A stretch of 64,000 bases of DNA from Okamejei kenojei (taxonomy: Eukaryota), in NCBI GenBank assembly GCA_035221665.1, contig CM069145.1:56916001-56980000 (forward strand), read 5' to 3'. The notes beneath the pieces are model-generated. The model did no database searches, had not been told where the DNA came from, and saw nothing but the letters and a program-made list of their open reading frames with translations. A program made the position numbers and the translations under genes. Numbering within the stretch: position 1 is the first letter of the stretch; every line of letters begins with the position of its first letter. Of the stretch, positions 23,440-37,378 are shown in pieces.

Positions 23440-25042
23440 AATTAAATGGCAATAAAGGCCGATAAATCCCCAGGGCCAGATAGGCTGCATCCCAGAGTAC
23501 TCAAGTAAGTAACCACATAAATAGTGGATGCATTAGTGATAATTTTTCAAAACTCTTTAGATTCTGGAGTAGTTCCTGAGGATTGGAGGGTAGCAAATGT
23601 AACCCCACTTTTTAAAAAGGGAGGGAGAGGGAAAACGGGGAATTACAGACCAGTTAGTCTAACCGGTAGTGGGGAAAATGCTAGAATCAGTTATTAAAGA
23701 TGGGATAGCAGCACATTTGGAACGCGGTGAAATCATTGGAAAAAGTCAGCATGGATTTATGAAAGGTAAATCAAGTCTGACGAATCTTATAGAATTTTTC
23801 GAGGATGTAACTAGTAGAGTGGATAAGGGAGAACCTGTGGATGTGTTATATCTGGACTTTCAGAAGGCTTTCGACAAGGTCCCACATAAGAGATTAGCAT
23901 ACAAACTTAAAGCACACGGTATTGGGGGTTCAGTTTTGATGTGGATAGAGAACTAGCTGGCAGACTGGTAGCAAAGAGTAGGTGTAAACGGGTCATTTTC
24001 AGAATGGCAGGCAGTGACTAGTGGGTACGGCAAGGCTCAGTACTGGGACCTCAGCTATTTACAATATATATTAATGATCTGGATGAGGGAATTGAATGCA
24101 ACATTTCCAAGATTGCGGATGACGCGAAGCTGGGGGGCAGTGTTAGCTGTGAGGAGGATGCTAGGAGGCTGCAAGGTGACTTGGATAGGTTGGGTGAGTG
24201 GGCAAATGCATAGCAGATGTAGTATAATGAGGATAAATGTGAGGTTATCCACTTTGGCGGCTAAAACAGGAGGGTGGATTATTATCTGAATGGTGGCCGA
24301 TTAGGAAAAGGGGAGATGCAGCGAGACCTGGGTGTCATGGTACAACAATCATTGAAAGTAGGCATGCAGGTGCAGCAGGCTGTGAAGAAAGCGAATGGTA
24401 TGTTGGCATTCATAGCAAAAGGATTTGAGTACAAGAGCGGGGAAGTTCTTCTGCAGTTGTACTGGGTCTTGGTGAGGCCACACCTGGAGTATTGCGTACA
24501 GTTTTGGTCTCCTAATCTGAGGAAATACATTCTTGCCATAGAGGGAGTACAGAGAAGGTTCACCAGACTGATTCCTGGGATGGCAGGACTTCCATATGAA
24601 GAAGGACTGGATAGACTCGGCTTATGCTGGCTGGAATTTAGGAGATTGATGGGGGATCTTATAGAGACTTACAAAATTCTTAAGGGGTTGAACAGGCTAG
24701 ATCCAGGAATATTGTTCCCGATGTTGGGGAACTCCTGAACAAGGGGTCATAGTTTAAGGATACGGGGGAAGTCTTTTAGGACCGAGATGAAAAGATCTTT
24801 TTTCACACAGAGAGTGGTGAGTCTTGTGGAATTCTCTGCCACAGAAGGTAGTTGAGGCCAGTTCATTGGCTATATTTAAGAGGGAGTTAGATGTGGCCCT
24901 TGTGGCTAAAGGGATCAGGGGGTATGGAGAGAAAGCAGGTACAAGATACTGAGTTGGATGATCAGCCATGATCATATTGAATGCCGGTGCATGCTCGAAG
25001 GTCCGAATGGCCTACTCCTGCATCTATTTTCTATGAATCTAT
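23440..25042 (+). mobile_element. CR1-clade LINE, 5'-truncated RT with stops and frameshifts
   Basis: YLDFQKAFDKVPH, RPHLEYCVQFW peptides; CR1 3' UTR. Confidence 0.92.
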
Positions 25043-25328
25043 AAACTGCAGGCATTAATTTCGATATACTAAATGATACGCCTAAATTTCGTCTCACCCC
25101 TCTCTTACAGCCAACATGTCTTACAGCCTTAACTGAGTTATTGATATGTCGCCATTGTTTACATATGGGACATATTTTCGATATTTAATGTCCAGCAGAA
25201 TGTCACGAAAAAAAGAGACTGGTTTAATCATACGAATTGGGAGTTGGCTGAGGGTGAATATTGAGCAAGGCAAGGTAGAAAATATCTGAGCATAGATGTA
25301 GAATTAAGTTTAATGTTGTTAATTTCAG

Positions 25329-25649
25329 GAAAACAACCGACGCCACCAATCATCAACCTCTTCTACTCTGCATCTGACGAACAAAAGGCAAAGGGTTTTG
25401 TCGAACTGATTTGTCTCATCGGCGAATATCAGCCCCAAGACATCAGGGTGAACTGGCAGAAAAACGGACAGGCCGTACAGTCCGGTTTTACCACTGCGCC
25501 CCCAGCTGAAACTGCAGACGGAACGTTTACCTCGACCAGTGTGTTCAAAGTGCCGCTTAACGACTGGGCCAACGGTTCCCGATACTCCTGCCAAGTATCC
25601 AACTCTGCAACCGGCAGCACCGTCCAGAAAGACATTCAAACGACGTCAG
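25329..25649 (+). CDS. IgNAR: IgNAR C1 exon
   Basis: GKQPTPPIINLFYSASDEQKAKGFVELICLI..W..YSCQVSNSAT..TTS; AG/GT, phase 1-1, 321 nt; resembles shark IgNAR C1. Confidence 0.97.
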
Positions 25650-26037
25650 GTAAAGGGTGGCCGTTAATTAATAGATGAAACAATTCTACGTTCAACCTCA
25701 GTGTTTGAATAAGTATGACGTAACTCAAGTGCACACAGAATTGCGGCTTATGCACGAAGTCAATAAATAAATGCTATGTTAAGTTGTTAGCATGTAAACC
25801 ATTACTTGTGAAATCATAACCTCGTAAGATCATAAGTGATAGGAGCACAATTAGGCCATTCGGCACATCAAGTCTAGTCCGCATAGATGGTTGATCTATC
25901 TCTCCCTCCAAACCCCATTCTCCCGCCCTCTCTCAATAATCTCTGATACACGTACAAATCAAAAACGATTGAAATTGAGCTTCTTGCCTAATATCTGATT
26001 CACCACCAATAAATCACTGTCTCAATGTCATTGCCAG

Positions 26038-26340
26038 ACCTCGCAATACTTCTCAGAGATCCCACCATCGAAGAAATTTGGATCAACAAAACTGCGACCT
26101 TGGTCTGTGAAGTGATCTCCACAGCTCCGACTGAAGTTGCTATATCTTGGACAGTGGATGGAAAGGAAAGAGTTGCCGGTATTCAAACCGATCAAGCTAC
26201 CAAGGCCGGGAACCAGTACCTGACGATCGGCCGCTTGACCAGCAACCTCGCAGAATGGGACAGCGGAGTGGAGTACTCGTGCTCGGCGCGGGACCATCCA
26301 TCAGCTACTCCGGTATCACAGCGGACACGAAAGGCTAAAG
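26038..26340 (+). CDS. IgNAR: IgNAR C2 exon
   Basis: DLAILLRDPTIEEIWINKTATLVCEV..GNQYLT..EYSCSA..RTRKAK; phase 1-1, 303 nt. Confidence 0.97.
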
Positions 26341-26524
26341 GTGCGTGCAATAACAACAATGCAAATGCAAAACGGTGTACATACTGACCTAGCAAGAAAA
26401 CTAATGGAAGTCACATTACAGAGGTAAACATGCATGAAGATGAGTGGGGGGGAGGGGGGGGGGGTAAATGATAGAGGTCAGGGCGAAAGTGGGAAATTAT
26501 CAATCGATTCAGCTATAATTTAGT

Positions 26525-26835
26525 TCGTTTAGATTGACAGCATCGAAACACCTTTAGGTCTACCAAATCCACGTTGACCATCGATCATCCGGTAACACTT
26601 GTTCTCTGTTATCCCATATCCGCATACATTCCCAACACACTTGAGGCAATTTTTACAAAGGCCAATTAACCTACAAACCCGCGCGTTTTGCGGAAAACAG
26701 AGCAATGGAAGGAAACCCACACAGGCATTTGGAGAACATATAAACTCCATACGGAGAGCATCTGAGGTAGGGATCTAACTCGGGCTCTGGCACACCGAGG
26801 AAGCATCTCCACCAGCTGCGCCACGATGCCGCCCT
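26525..26835 (-). mobile_element. V-SINE (degenerate)
   Basis: Similar to reverse complement of 4923 family. Confidence 0.7.
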
Positions 26836-27843
26836 GATGTTTCTAAAGTTTTGTTGAACTGAACTGTTTGATCAATTAATTGAGTCCTACCGCATAGCAT
26901 CGGGCCCTTCGGGCAACTGACCACCAAAGTGAGCTGATCATTATTGACACTACTTCTACACTAAATCTATTTTATTTTGCCATAGCTTCAATAACTCCTC
27001 TACCGCCCACCTTCACACTCCTGATATATTCAATGTTAGAGGAGAATCTAGCAATCAAACTAGCAGTGCTCCGTCTTTGCAAAGTGGAACAAGAGCACGC
27101 AAAACACTTTCGTCCCAGCTTAAATTAATTATCCTTTAGTATTGATGCAACAGCGAGGGGGATGCCTTTTGAATATGTATCCATACAATGTTTCTCTCCA
27201 TGTTATATGCCGTTATCATCTCACCCTCTGCTCCTTTACTTCACCGAAGACAAACCAGACCTAACAAACCTCCCCCAATAACTAAAGTCCGCTAATTAAG
27301 GCAACGTCCGGTGCATTTCATCTGCGCTCTCTCCCGCGCTGTGATATACGTCCTACTGGGTGGCGCCAAGAACTGCCACCTATATTCCAAGCGTCGCCTA
27401 ACATGTACCTAACATGTATTTTGGAAAGTTGATATGTAACTTTCCAACGTATGCCATAACCGATGAAAACTGCTAAGCCACACTCCATTGCCCTGTCTAT
27501 CCGAGTCGCTACTTTAGAGAAACAATGAACTTTAACGTTAAAGTCTTTCACATCATCAACATTCCTCAATTACTTATCACCTACCGTATATGTCGCCCAA
27601 AGCTATTATTTCCCAAAAAGCATCTAGAGGCATTCGTCGGGGTTGAACTCCATCTATTAATTATCTGCCTACTTTCACTCTGAGATGTTCTTGTGTAGCC
27701 ATAGGTAACCTTCCTGGCTCCCTAAATATATAGAGCGTCATTTAATCACTGCTGTCAAGTGTCAAGAGTGGTTTATTGTCATGTGTCCCGGAACGGAGCA
27801 ATCAATTATTGGAAGTAAAATGCTGCTTTACTTTCCCTTCTAG

Positions 27844-28161
27844 CCAAACCAGTGCAACCAACAATCCGTCTCTTGCCGCCATCTCCGGAAGAGATTCAAA
27901 GTGCTAACACCGCGACACTGACATGTTTGATCACAGAATTCTATCCAAACGATATAACCATATCCTGGGAGAAAGACGGAGCCGCATTCCCCTCTAACGC
28001 TACCAACTTCCCCGCGGCGCTGGAACAGGACAAGACGTTCAGCGCAAAGAGCCTTCTCTTTTTGACAGCAGCCGATTGGAAGAAAGGAACAACATACTCG
28101 TGCGTCGCCTCGCACCTCCCTTCACAATCCACCCTGAAGCGAAGCATCCATTTCACGAAAG
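27844..28161 (+). CDS. IgNAR: IgNAR C3 exon
   Basis: AKPVQPTIRLLPPSPEEIQS..ATLTCLI..FYP..ALEQD..YSCVASH.PSQST; phase 1-1, 318 nt. Confidence 0.97.
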
Positions 28162-29174
28162 GTAAAGACAACATGTCAAAATGCACAGTCAATATGCACA
28201 CTTCATCGGGAGTCAACAGGTAAATTCAACCAAATATCTCCAATGATCAGATTTAGAGCACTGGGGGACCAGGTTGGTCGGTTTGTTTAAAGCACGGGAG
28301 GAGTGTTTGGGCTTCTCTGAAGGTCCGGTATAATAATATCAACCGAAATACCGCACATATTCTCGGATATCTGCTTCATGCGGGGGGACCAATTGCATGA
28401 GAAATTTTAAAGTACCCCACGAGTGATAGGATCCCAATAGGGTGTAGCATGAACAGTATATATGGGTCATAAGTCAGGAATGGCACCGTGTATGGAGCCT
28501 TCCTTGGCGTCTTCGGATATAATCCGCGATCATGGACTAATGGATCATACTTGTAATCAGACTCCTCTCCGTTAAGGTGGAATGTGATCCATGCGTATAA
28601 ATTGACGCGACATTAGCCAGGAGATAGATAAGTAATCTATGTTCAATCTATTAGATGATCGATGGGGTGAATGGCCTAATTCTACTCCTGTGTCTTGTGG
28701 TTTTTATGACATAATGAGTTGATAAATAAGATGATTAAATGGCAAACTCGCAATGTGGACGGCACGGAAAGCTGTGTGCGAATCCAGTCTCTGGAGTTCA
28801 CTGTTCAGCAGCCTGGCGATGTTCGATTATCTTCGATTCATTGATTGGAGGCAAAACGTAGGCGCAGCTAATTATTGTGAGGTAATGCGCATGCCAAGTA
28901 TTGAAGCCCACCGATCACCCGCGGCAGTTGGTCAGCATGACATAAACAAAGTATTGATGCAATACCCACGATGTGACCAGTGACAATTAGTCGCATCATT
29001 TCATTCTGTTCCTAATTGTGATCATGATCATTCCTTTGGACTTTAGGCTTCGTCACTTGTTGAAAGTGAATTCCCTTTCTGACGCTTGGTGACGTCCAGG
29101 GTTTCTGTGACCTTCTGCCTTGACGTGGCAATAAGGCATCTCTCCATCCAGGATCAGGAGAATGCACTGTCCGC

Positions 29175-29178
<4 letters not shown>

Positions 29179-29236
<58 letters not shown>

Positions 29237-29241
29237 GGGGT
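29179..29241. repeat. (GT)n microsatellite plus poly-G
   Basis: Direct read. Confidence 0.95.
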
Positions 29242-29669
29242 AACAGTAAAACTTAAATAGCGGTACTCACATAGAAAAAAATTGTTAATTTAAATGCAGG
29301 AGTTATTTACGCCATTAGATCCCAATCCAAGGGGAAGACAGTATACAAGTTGGTGATATGCAGAGTACTGCCATGCCGACTACAAATTCAGAAGGTTCAG
29401 AAGGTATACAACAGCAATAATTGCTGGAATGATGGAGACCATTCATTTGTATCATATAACCGTTTCCTGGGAGATATCACCGTATCGGCGCAATCGGACC
29501 ATATCTTGCACCAACGCAAATGATGGGCTCCATCATAGTATAATCCCAAGAGCTCTCAGTAGTTTTAGTTGAGATTACTTTAGTTTATTCGTGTCATGTA
29601 TTCCGAGGTACAGTGAAAAGCATTTTAGTTACGTGCTATCCAGTTAACGAAAGCACTATACGTGATTAG

Positions 29670-30120
29670 GATTTAAGGAAAGAGCAAATAGGTCCTTCAG
29701 CAGTTGTATACGGCCATGGTGAGTCCACGCCTGGAATATTGTGTGCAGTTTTGGTCTCCTAATTTGAGGAATGACATTCTTGCCATAGAGGGAGTGCAGC
29801 GTAGGTTCACGAGGTTAATTCCCGGGATGACGAGACTGTCATTTGAAGAAAGAATGGAACGACTGGGCTTGTATTCACTGAGGTTTAGAAGGATGAGAGG
29901 AGATCTTATGGAAACATGTAACATTATTAAGGGATCGGACACGCTAGATGCATGTTACTGGTGTTGTGGGAGTCCAGAAACAGGGGCCACGGTTTAAGAA
30001 TAAGCGGTAGGCCATTTAGAACTGAGATGAGGGATATCCTTTTCACCCAGAGAGTTGTGAATTTGTGGAATTCTCTGCGTCAGAAGGCAGTGGGGGGACG
30101 ATTCACTGGATGCATTCAAA
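29670..30120 (+). mobile_element. CR1 LINE fragment
   Basis: PRLEYCVQFWSPNLR..IEGVQRRFTRLIPGM. Confidence 0.85.
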
Positions 30121-32716
30121 ATAGACGTTTAGGTCAGAAGTCGGCATGTTGTTCAACTCCATTCACAACACTTTAACAAATGCCGTTGTTCATGCCTGTG
30201 TAAATAAAGTTCCGTGCCACATTCCAATTTGTGCTGCCATTTTCAAAACTACAGTTTTGACAACCTACACAAGATTTGCAATGGTTCATGCCCAAGGATA
30301 CGAGGACATCTGTGAACACCAATATCTCAGTTTCTGGAGACACAATAAACTGTAGATACTGGACGTTTCAGCAAAACACTAAGTGCTGCAGGAAGAACTC
30401 ACCGGTTCATGCAGCATCTGTGCAGGGAATGGACAGACAAGATTTCGGCTCGGGATCCTTCTTCAGTCTCATTGTCCATTCCCTCCCCAAATGCTGTCTG
30501 ACTTTCCGATTCTCGCAACACTTTTTACCCTTCAGTCTATGGCCAGCTTACTCTATCTTTCGATTTGCTTCGAGCAAAGTCGATATCGTCATATATTTTC
30601 ACATTATATTTTTATCTGCGAAGAATCTATCCATTTGTTGAACGCCTTCATCACAGTAAATCCTCCATATACCCCAGACTTCAATCGAACATGCACCAAG
30701 AGCAAGTGTAGCTACACTTAATCTAATCCACCAATCAAAATATTGAAATGGATTGAGAGCACCCAATGCTGATCCGCGTGATACCATGTTTGCCTCAGCT
30801 CACACGACCACGAATCATTATTTACTGCCCCACTGGTGCACGGTGGTTGCACTGTCTACCATCTACGCGATGCGGAGCTATTATTCACCCATGCTATAAT
30901 GACACCACCTCCCAAGCCTCAGACATCAGATGGACATGTGCTTTGTAATTTCGGGAATGCACTTACTTGCATGTTCTCCTCCACGCTCACACATTCTGCC
31001 TTGCAAATATCTCGTTTTTTCATCTTCGCTTGGTTCATAGCCTGATACTCTGAAAACCAGGCATACCCTACAGAACAGAATTTGGACTGCAACAGTTGAA
31101 CAAAGCAGCACAAGTCAATGGTGATTATGGAACTTTACAATCTCCTACCATCGCTGAGTTCCTTATAGCTGTTTGCAATTACAATGGATTTCAGCGCTAG
31201 TGCATTGCTTTAATATTGTCTGGTGTACTGAGATACAGTGTAAAACGTTGCCTGCACGTTGTGACACAAATCGCATTACAATGAATATACTCACGTCGTA
31301 TACAACTACATCAGGTGGTGCAAAGTGAAAGATACCAGGATTTAATGGATATTTGTGATACCTTTCCACTTTCTGAACACGTTTAATTGGACGATTGGTA
31401 TGTATTTTCGTTTGTCTACTATCTTACCAATACAGCTACCAGTTCGCAACCAAACCGCACCCCATCCTAGCACCCCAGCCCCACCCCCTCCCACCTCCTC
31501 TCTCTACGCCTAACTACCCTTAATATCTTCATTCGGCGCCAGGCAGTACAGAACAGTTACTATAAATCAAAATATACGTCTTTAAATATGACAGATCTTG
31601 TAAGGAGCGCTGTGATATTTAAGGATTTATGGCAAACAAGTCAGCTAAATCTGAGAGCTTCTGCCCTCTTCAGGACATCAACGGTATCGACGACAATGCC
31701 ACCTATGCTATTGGCATAGAGGGCGAAATTTGCGGCGAACCTATTTAAAAAAAACACTGTGCTTTATCCAACCTGCTGGAAATTAAAAATTGCCGTTGTC
31801 GATAGACAATAGACAATAGACAATAGACAATAGGTGCAGGAGTAGGCCATTCAGCCCTGCGAGCCAGCACCGCCATTCAATGTGATCATGGCTGATCATA
31901 CCCAATCAGTACCCCGTCCCTGCCTTCTCCCCATATCCCCTGATGCCGCTATTTTTCCCGCTTTTTTTTGTCGTTGTCGATGAATACATTGTTGTAGTTT
32001 AAATAATTTCTGGTGTAATTCATTTGGTAAGAACACCCGGAGAATACATTCGCACAGTTGTGTTTAGTCACGTGATCATGTATGAAACTACAGTGATGCT
32101 TCAATTTGAGATTAAAGACACGGTTTGCCATTTCTGATTATTTCACCACGAACATAATATTGAACAGATTAAAAAAGTCACTTCATAAAACGAGGATGTA
32201 TTGAATGTCAACCCACTACCACCACCTAATGGAGGAAATCACTGTCAAACAACGCGATTGGGCACTGAGCTCAACTTTCGATTTATTAGCCCCCTTCGGT
32301 TAAGGTGGATTTAGAATTAAATTGGAAAATGAATGAGAGAATCGATTTGGTCGTTATGTGTGAACCATGTTATGACCGGCCGCGTTCAGGCCAGTGGTAA
32401 ATGCTGGCAGTCTTCAAACAAATGAGTGAGTGAATGCTTGCATTCCCGGAATGCGAGAAATCGGTTCTAGTTAAAGTCAGGTCGTGTAATTCTTGCACTA
32501 CGGTATAAGTGAATGGAAATATTACTAAGGACATCAACCTAAGAAGACAGGAACCAAGGCACGAAGGGGGAAGGAGCCTTCTTAGCTAACCAGAAATCAA
32601 TGGAGGATATGCAGTAAGTAGAATTAATAGTTACACTTAACCCGGTTACAGTTGTTATTTTCCGCAACTTCAACATTTCAGAAGGAGAATAACCACTCCC
32701 ATTTATTTTCTGCCAG

Positions 32717-33037
32717 AAGACTGCGACGTGGTTGACATCAATGCTGCCATACAAACACCTTCATTTGAGGAGATCTGGACGCTTAAGAAAGCAACTATTG
32801 TCTGTGAAGTAGTTTACATCGATTTGCAGAACGTCAAGGTCTCGTGGCGAGTGAATGGGAGTCTGAGAATGGAGGGAGTACAGACTAAGGATCCTGAGTG
32901 GAGGGGAAGTAAATCTGTCATCGTCAGCAAGCTGAAGGTCAGCGTCGAAGAGTGGGAAAGTGGGGTTGAATACCAGTGCTTTGTAGAAGACAATGATCTG
33001 CCAACACCAGTGAAAGTCTCCACGACAAGCTCCAAGG
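32717..33037 (+). CDS. IgNAR: IgNAR C4 exon
   Basis: EDCDVVDINAAIQTPSFEEIW..ATIVCEVVY..EYQCFVED..LPTPVK; N-terminal extra Cys at the known interchain-disulfide position; phase 1-1, 321 nt. Confidence 0.97.
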
Positions 33038-33946
33038 GTAAGCACAGTTAACAGTCGTTCAGAGCCATTATAGTCCACGCAATAAATTCTGAGACATGAC
33101 CATCCCGCGCCGAGGTGATGGAATTAAAATAACGGAATTGTCCTTTAGCTTATGCTTCACGCCCTACATTTAGCAGCGAATGGCAACCCATCAGAATAGG
33201 ACGTTCAGGGCACCCGTGCCAGCATAGTTGGGGGGGGGGGGGGGGTTGTGACGCAGCTGATAAAGCGGTTGTCTCACAATGCCGGAGACGCGGGTTCGAT
33301 CGTGGCCACCGGTCCTCTGTGCCTGGCGATTGCACGTTCGGACTCTGACCAAGTTCCCCCCCTGTGCTCCGCTTTGTCACCACAAACAAATGACGTGCTG
33401 GTGTGTAAGGTAATTGCCCTCTGTAAACTGCCAATATGAATCTCTGTAAACTGCCAAGATGATTGATGATTGATGAGAAACTGGGATCACATAAAACGAT
33501 GGTGAACGGAGTTATCGATGGTAGGCGTAGCTCGATTGGCCTAAGGGCCCTTTCCTGTGAAACTATCTGAACGTATCTGAAACAAAAAATATAGGCTTCC
33601 GCAGACATGAAAGAATACGTTTCTAAATGTTAAACTTTCTGTCCCACAGGGGGAAATCCAATACATCATATATTTGGCGAGAGCATAAGCACCGGGTGAT
33701 CTCCTCATTTGTTGCTTTCATTGATATTTGAACGCCCCGAATCTAGCAAAAAGATGGAATGGGAAGTTTAGTTCATAGATAGAACAGCAGATCTGAAAAA
33801 AGATCCGAACCGAACCGAAACTTGTCAATTCCCCTCCATAGATGCTACCTGATCCGCTCAGTTCCTCCAACAGTTTGTAATTTACTTCAGATTCGAGCAT
33901 CTGCAAATCATCGTGTCTTTTTCAACGGGTTTTGTTCTCTTTCCAG

Positions 33947-34329
33947 TTACCGAAATGGAACGTCCTAAAGTCTACCTGCTGCACCCATCATCGGAAGAGT
34001 TCCAAGCCGAGAAAGTTGCCACAATAGTTTGCCTCGCCACGGGGTTTTACCCGTCAGACATATACGTCGCCTGGATGGCCAACGACACCCTTTTGGATTC
34101 GGGTTACACCATCCATCTTGACACCGACAAGGAAAACGGCTCCAGCTCAGTTGCCAGCAAGTTAAAAGTGACTGCTGAGGACTGGGAGAAGGGGACCACC
34201 TTTAGCTGTTTGGTTGGACACCCGTCCCTCGCAACGAATTTAGTCAGAAGTATCAATAAGGCTCACGGTAAACCTACTTTAGTTAATGTGTCACTCGTTC
34301 TGACGGACAGTTTTAAATCGTGCATCTAA
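33947..34329 (+). CDS. IgNAR: IgNAR C5 exon plus secretory tailpiece (GKPTLVNVSLVLTDSFKSCI*)
   Basis: VTEMERPKVYLLHPS..WMANDTLLDSGY..FSCLVGHPSL; internal donor G|GTAAA after 34267 for TM splicing; tail with NVS sequon and penultimate Cys. Confidence 0.97.
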
Positions 34330-34606
34330 CTCTCTGTGATTCATGTCTAATGCTTGGAAGCATAGCCTTGCGTCGCTGTGTGAGCTTCTGAGTCCGCGGT
34401 CTCCTTCGTATCCCATACCATGTCACCCTGCAGATTATCCGACAAATAGCAAACTATTTCCCAAATTTCATCAATCACAGAAAACTATGACGAGAATATG
34501 TAAAAAATATAACGGTCCAGGTTGTGCTGCAATGTTGAGAATGCTTCGGATATGTTGTTAAATAGGTAGGAGATTGCGCTTTTTCTTGTCTGTGGCTTGA
34601 TATTGC

Positions 34607-34612
34607 AATAAA
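34607..34612 (+). terminator. Poly(A) signal, secretory mRNA
   Basis: First AATAAA after the stop (~280 nt), followed by T/GT-rich sequence. Confidence 0.75.
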
Positions 34613-36317
34613 TGCAGAATGAAAAACTTCTGGTTTCCCATTGCGTGCTTTTGTCTTTGCAATTAAGAGGAAAGCATGACTGAGTCCAAAGTAATAACTT
34701 CCCTCATATGAAGGAAAACTTCTATGCTCTCGCTTTTTTCGGGGACTGGGATGGTGAGGCGGGTCGATGTAGTGAGAATTACTCAGCTTACTCAGATCCT
34801 CGCACACCATCGCAGCTCAGATTCTAGAGTTTATTTTACTTACTTGACGTATATGTGCATGAACAATCTCGTATCAAAATTAACGAAAAAAGGTGCAAAA
34901 ACGGTTTAAAATTTCGATTGAAAATATCACCGAATCTGGTGGTTTTCTATTTTCATTCTTTTCCAACGATGGTGTGAATATTTCCTGCAAAGACTCGCCT
35001 TCCCACCCGGATTATTTCTGTAAATTTTGACAAGTAAATATTTTTATTTCCCTCATTTGCTTTATGAATGCATACTGCCCTTTTGCTAGCATCACACACC
35101 GAACCCCACAAGACCCCACTTAAAACTGAATTCCCTCGCCTCGCGGGACTGCACCCTTTATTTTACACGGTTTGTACGTTCTCCCAGTGACCGCATGGAT
35201 TTTCTTAGGGTGCTCCGGTTTCCAGCCACATTCGAAGGACGCATAGCTTTGCAGGTGAATTGGCCTCTGCAAATTGCTCTTAGTGTGTAGGATAGAAACA
35301 GTATAGGGGTGATCACTGGTTAGCGCGGACTTCGTGGGCCGATGAGCCTGTTTCCACAGTATCTCTAAACTACACTAAACTAAACTAAACATTTAGTGTT
35401 GGAGTAACACAGGGGCCAACTAACATCGATGTAGAAAGAGGACAGGCGACGTTTCGAGTCGGGGACCTTCAGGCCGGCGAGGAACCAGGACCTGAAACGG
35501 TGCCTGGACATTGCCTCCACAATTGCTGCCTGACAGGCTGAGGTACTTCAGTGCGTGGCGTTTTGGTCAAGATTCCAACATCTGCAGTTCCTTGTCTTCC
35601 CTCGCTTCATTTGTTGTTTTATGCTGCTTTTCCGAAATCCTTTGCTTTTGCGTATTTTAAGTGCGGATCCAGCGACATCGTCCCCGGCCCCGGCCCCTGA
35701 GTAAGCGTTGCCCTCTCACTGACACCATCCCTATTGCTGATGACTGGTTGAAACAGATGAAAGATTCATCTTGTGTGATGCACCCAGTCAACCTCTGCTT
35801 ATGGTTCCACCTTTAGAATCCAATTTACCACAACTGGAAATTAGTCCTGAACTAATATCTACCTCATTAGAGTCCAGAGGACTATCTTAGGTCAGACGTT
35901 ACTGGCTTCATCTGGCACTAAACATTTTTCGCCTTATTTCGCCACTCATGACTGTCGTGACGCTCTCCTGAACTACCTTTCATCTTTCGCCACTAGTATA
36001 CTGAGTCCGTTCTCTCTTATCGTGTTCAATGTAATCCACAAGTTATATGAGTTATTCGTCCGCCAAGATGACAATAGCCCTCTGCTAACATATGAGGTTT
36101 AGCTTTCTTATTGCCGATGTGCAGTGAAAAGCTCTGCACGCTATCCAATCAAATGCTATACATAAATCCAATCAAGCCACACTCGTAAAATATGTAGAGC
36201 GAAGGAACAGGTGCAGAATCCAAAATATAATTCTCAGGATGATAACGCAAGAGTTCTGGGGGGAAAGTCTGAAATGAGGTTGAGGAGAATCGGACAGTGC
36301 CGACCGTTCTTTACATA

Positions 36318-37378
36318 TAGAACATAGAAATTAGGTGCAGGAGTAGGCGATTCGGCCCTTCGAGCCTGCACCGCCATTCAATGTGATCATGGCTGATCAT
36401 CCAACTCAGTAGCCCGTACCTGCCTTCTCTCCATACCCCCTGATCCCCTTAGCCACAAGGGCCACATCTAACTCCCTTTAAATATAGCCAATGAACTGTC
36501 CTCAACTACCCTCTGTGGCAGAGAGTTCCAGAGACTCACCACTCTCTGTGTGAAAAACGTCTTTCTCATCTCGGTCTTAAAGGACTTTCCCCTTATCCTT
36601 AAGCTGTGACCCCTTGTCCTGGACTTCCCCAACATCGGGTCCCCATAGCCAGCTTCCATATAGTTGCCCCATAAGTTCCAGTGGCTGCACTTTTTGCGGC
36701 CTCGTGTATACGACTGAACTCAAGGCCTGGGTGCTGGATTGAAGTGCAAAGGGTAATTCGGACAAGAGGGACCGATCCTCAGAACATCGCCTGGGATGTC
36801 CACTTTGGTGGAAAAAACAAGGTGGTAGATTATTACAGCGTATAATATTGGTCTCTTAATTTGAGGAAGGACATCCTTGTGATTGAGGCAGTGCAGCATA
36901 GGTTCGAGCGATGGGATGGCGGGACTGTCATATGAGGAAAGATTGAAAAGACTAAGCTTGTATTCACTGGAGTTTAGAGGGATGAGGGGATATCTTATAG
37001 AAACATATAAAATTATAAAAAGGACTGGACAGGTTAGATGCAGGAAAAATGTTCCCAATGTTGGGCGAGTCCAGAACCAGGGGCCACACTCTCAGAATAT
37101 AGAGGGGGTCATTTAAGACTGAGGTGAGAAAAAACTTTTTCACCCAGAGAGTTGTGAATTTGTGGAATTCCCTGCCACAGAGGACAGTAGAGTCCAAATC
37201 ACTGGATGGATTTAAGAGAGAGTTAGATAGAGCTCTAGGGGCCGGTTGAATCAAGGGATATGGGGAGCACGGGTTAATGATTGGGGACGATCAGCCATGA
37301 TCACAATGCATGGCGGTGCTGGCTCGAAGGGCCGAATGGCCTCCTTCTACACCTGTTTTCTATGTTTCTATGTTTCTA
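36318..37378. mobile_element. CR1 LINE fragments (minus ~36318-36638, plus ~36750-37378)
   Basis: CR1 3' sequences with TTTCTATG tails. Confidence 0.85.

Noticed and set aside
28230-28700. Extra exon after C3
   Set aside because: No Ig motifs; patchy similarity to a degraded CR1 3' end.
12534-34329. IgW, IgM or NAR-TCR identity
   Set aside because: VNAR-type V with five C domains matching IgNAR C1-C5 and its tailpiece; no supporting TCR-delta V.
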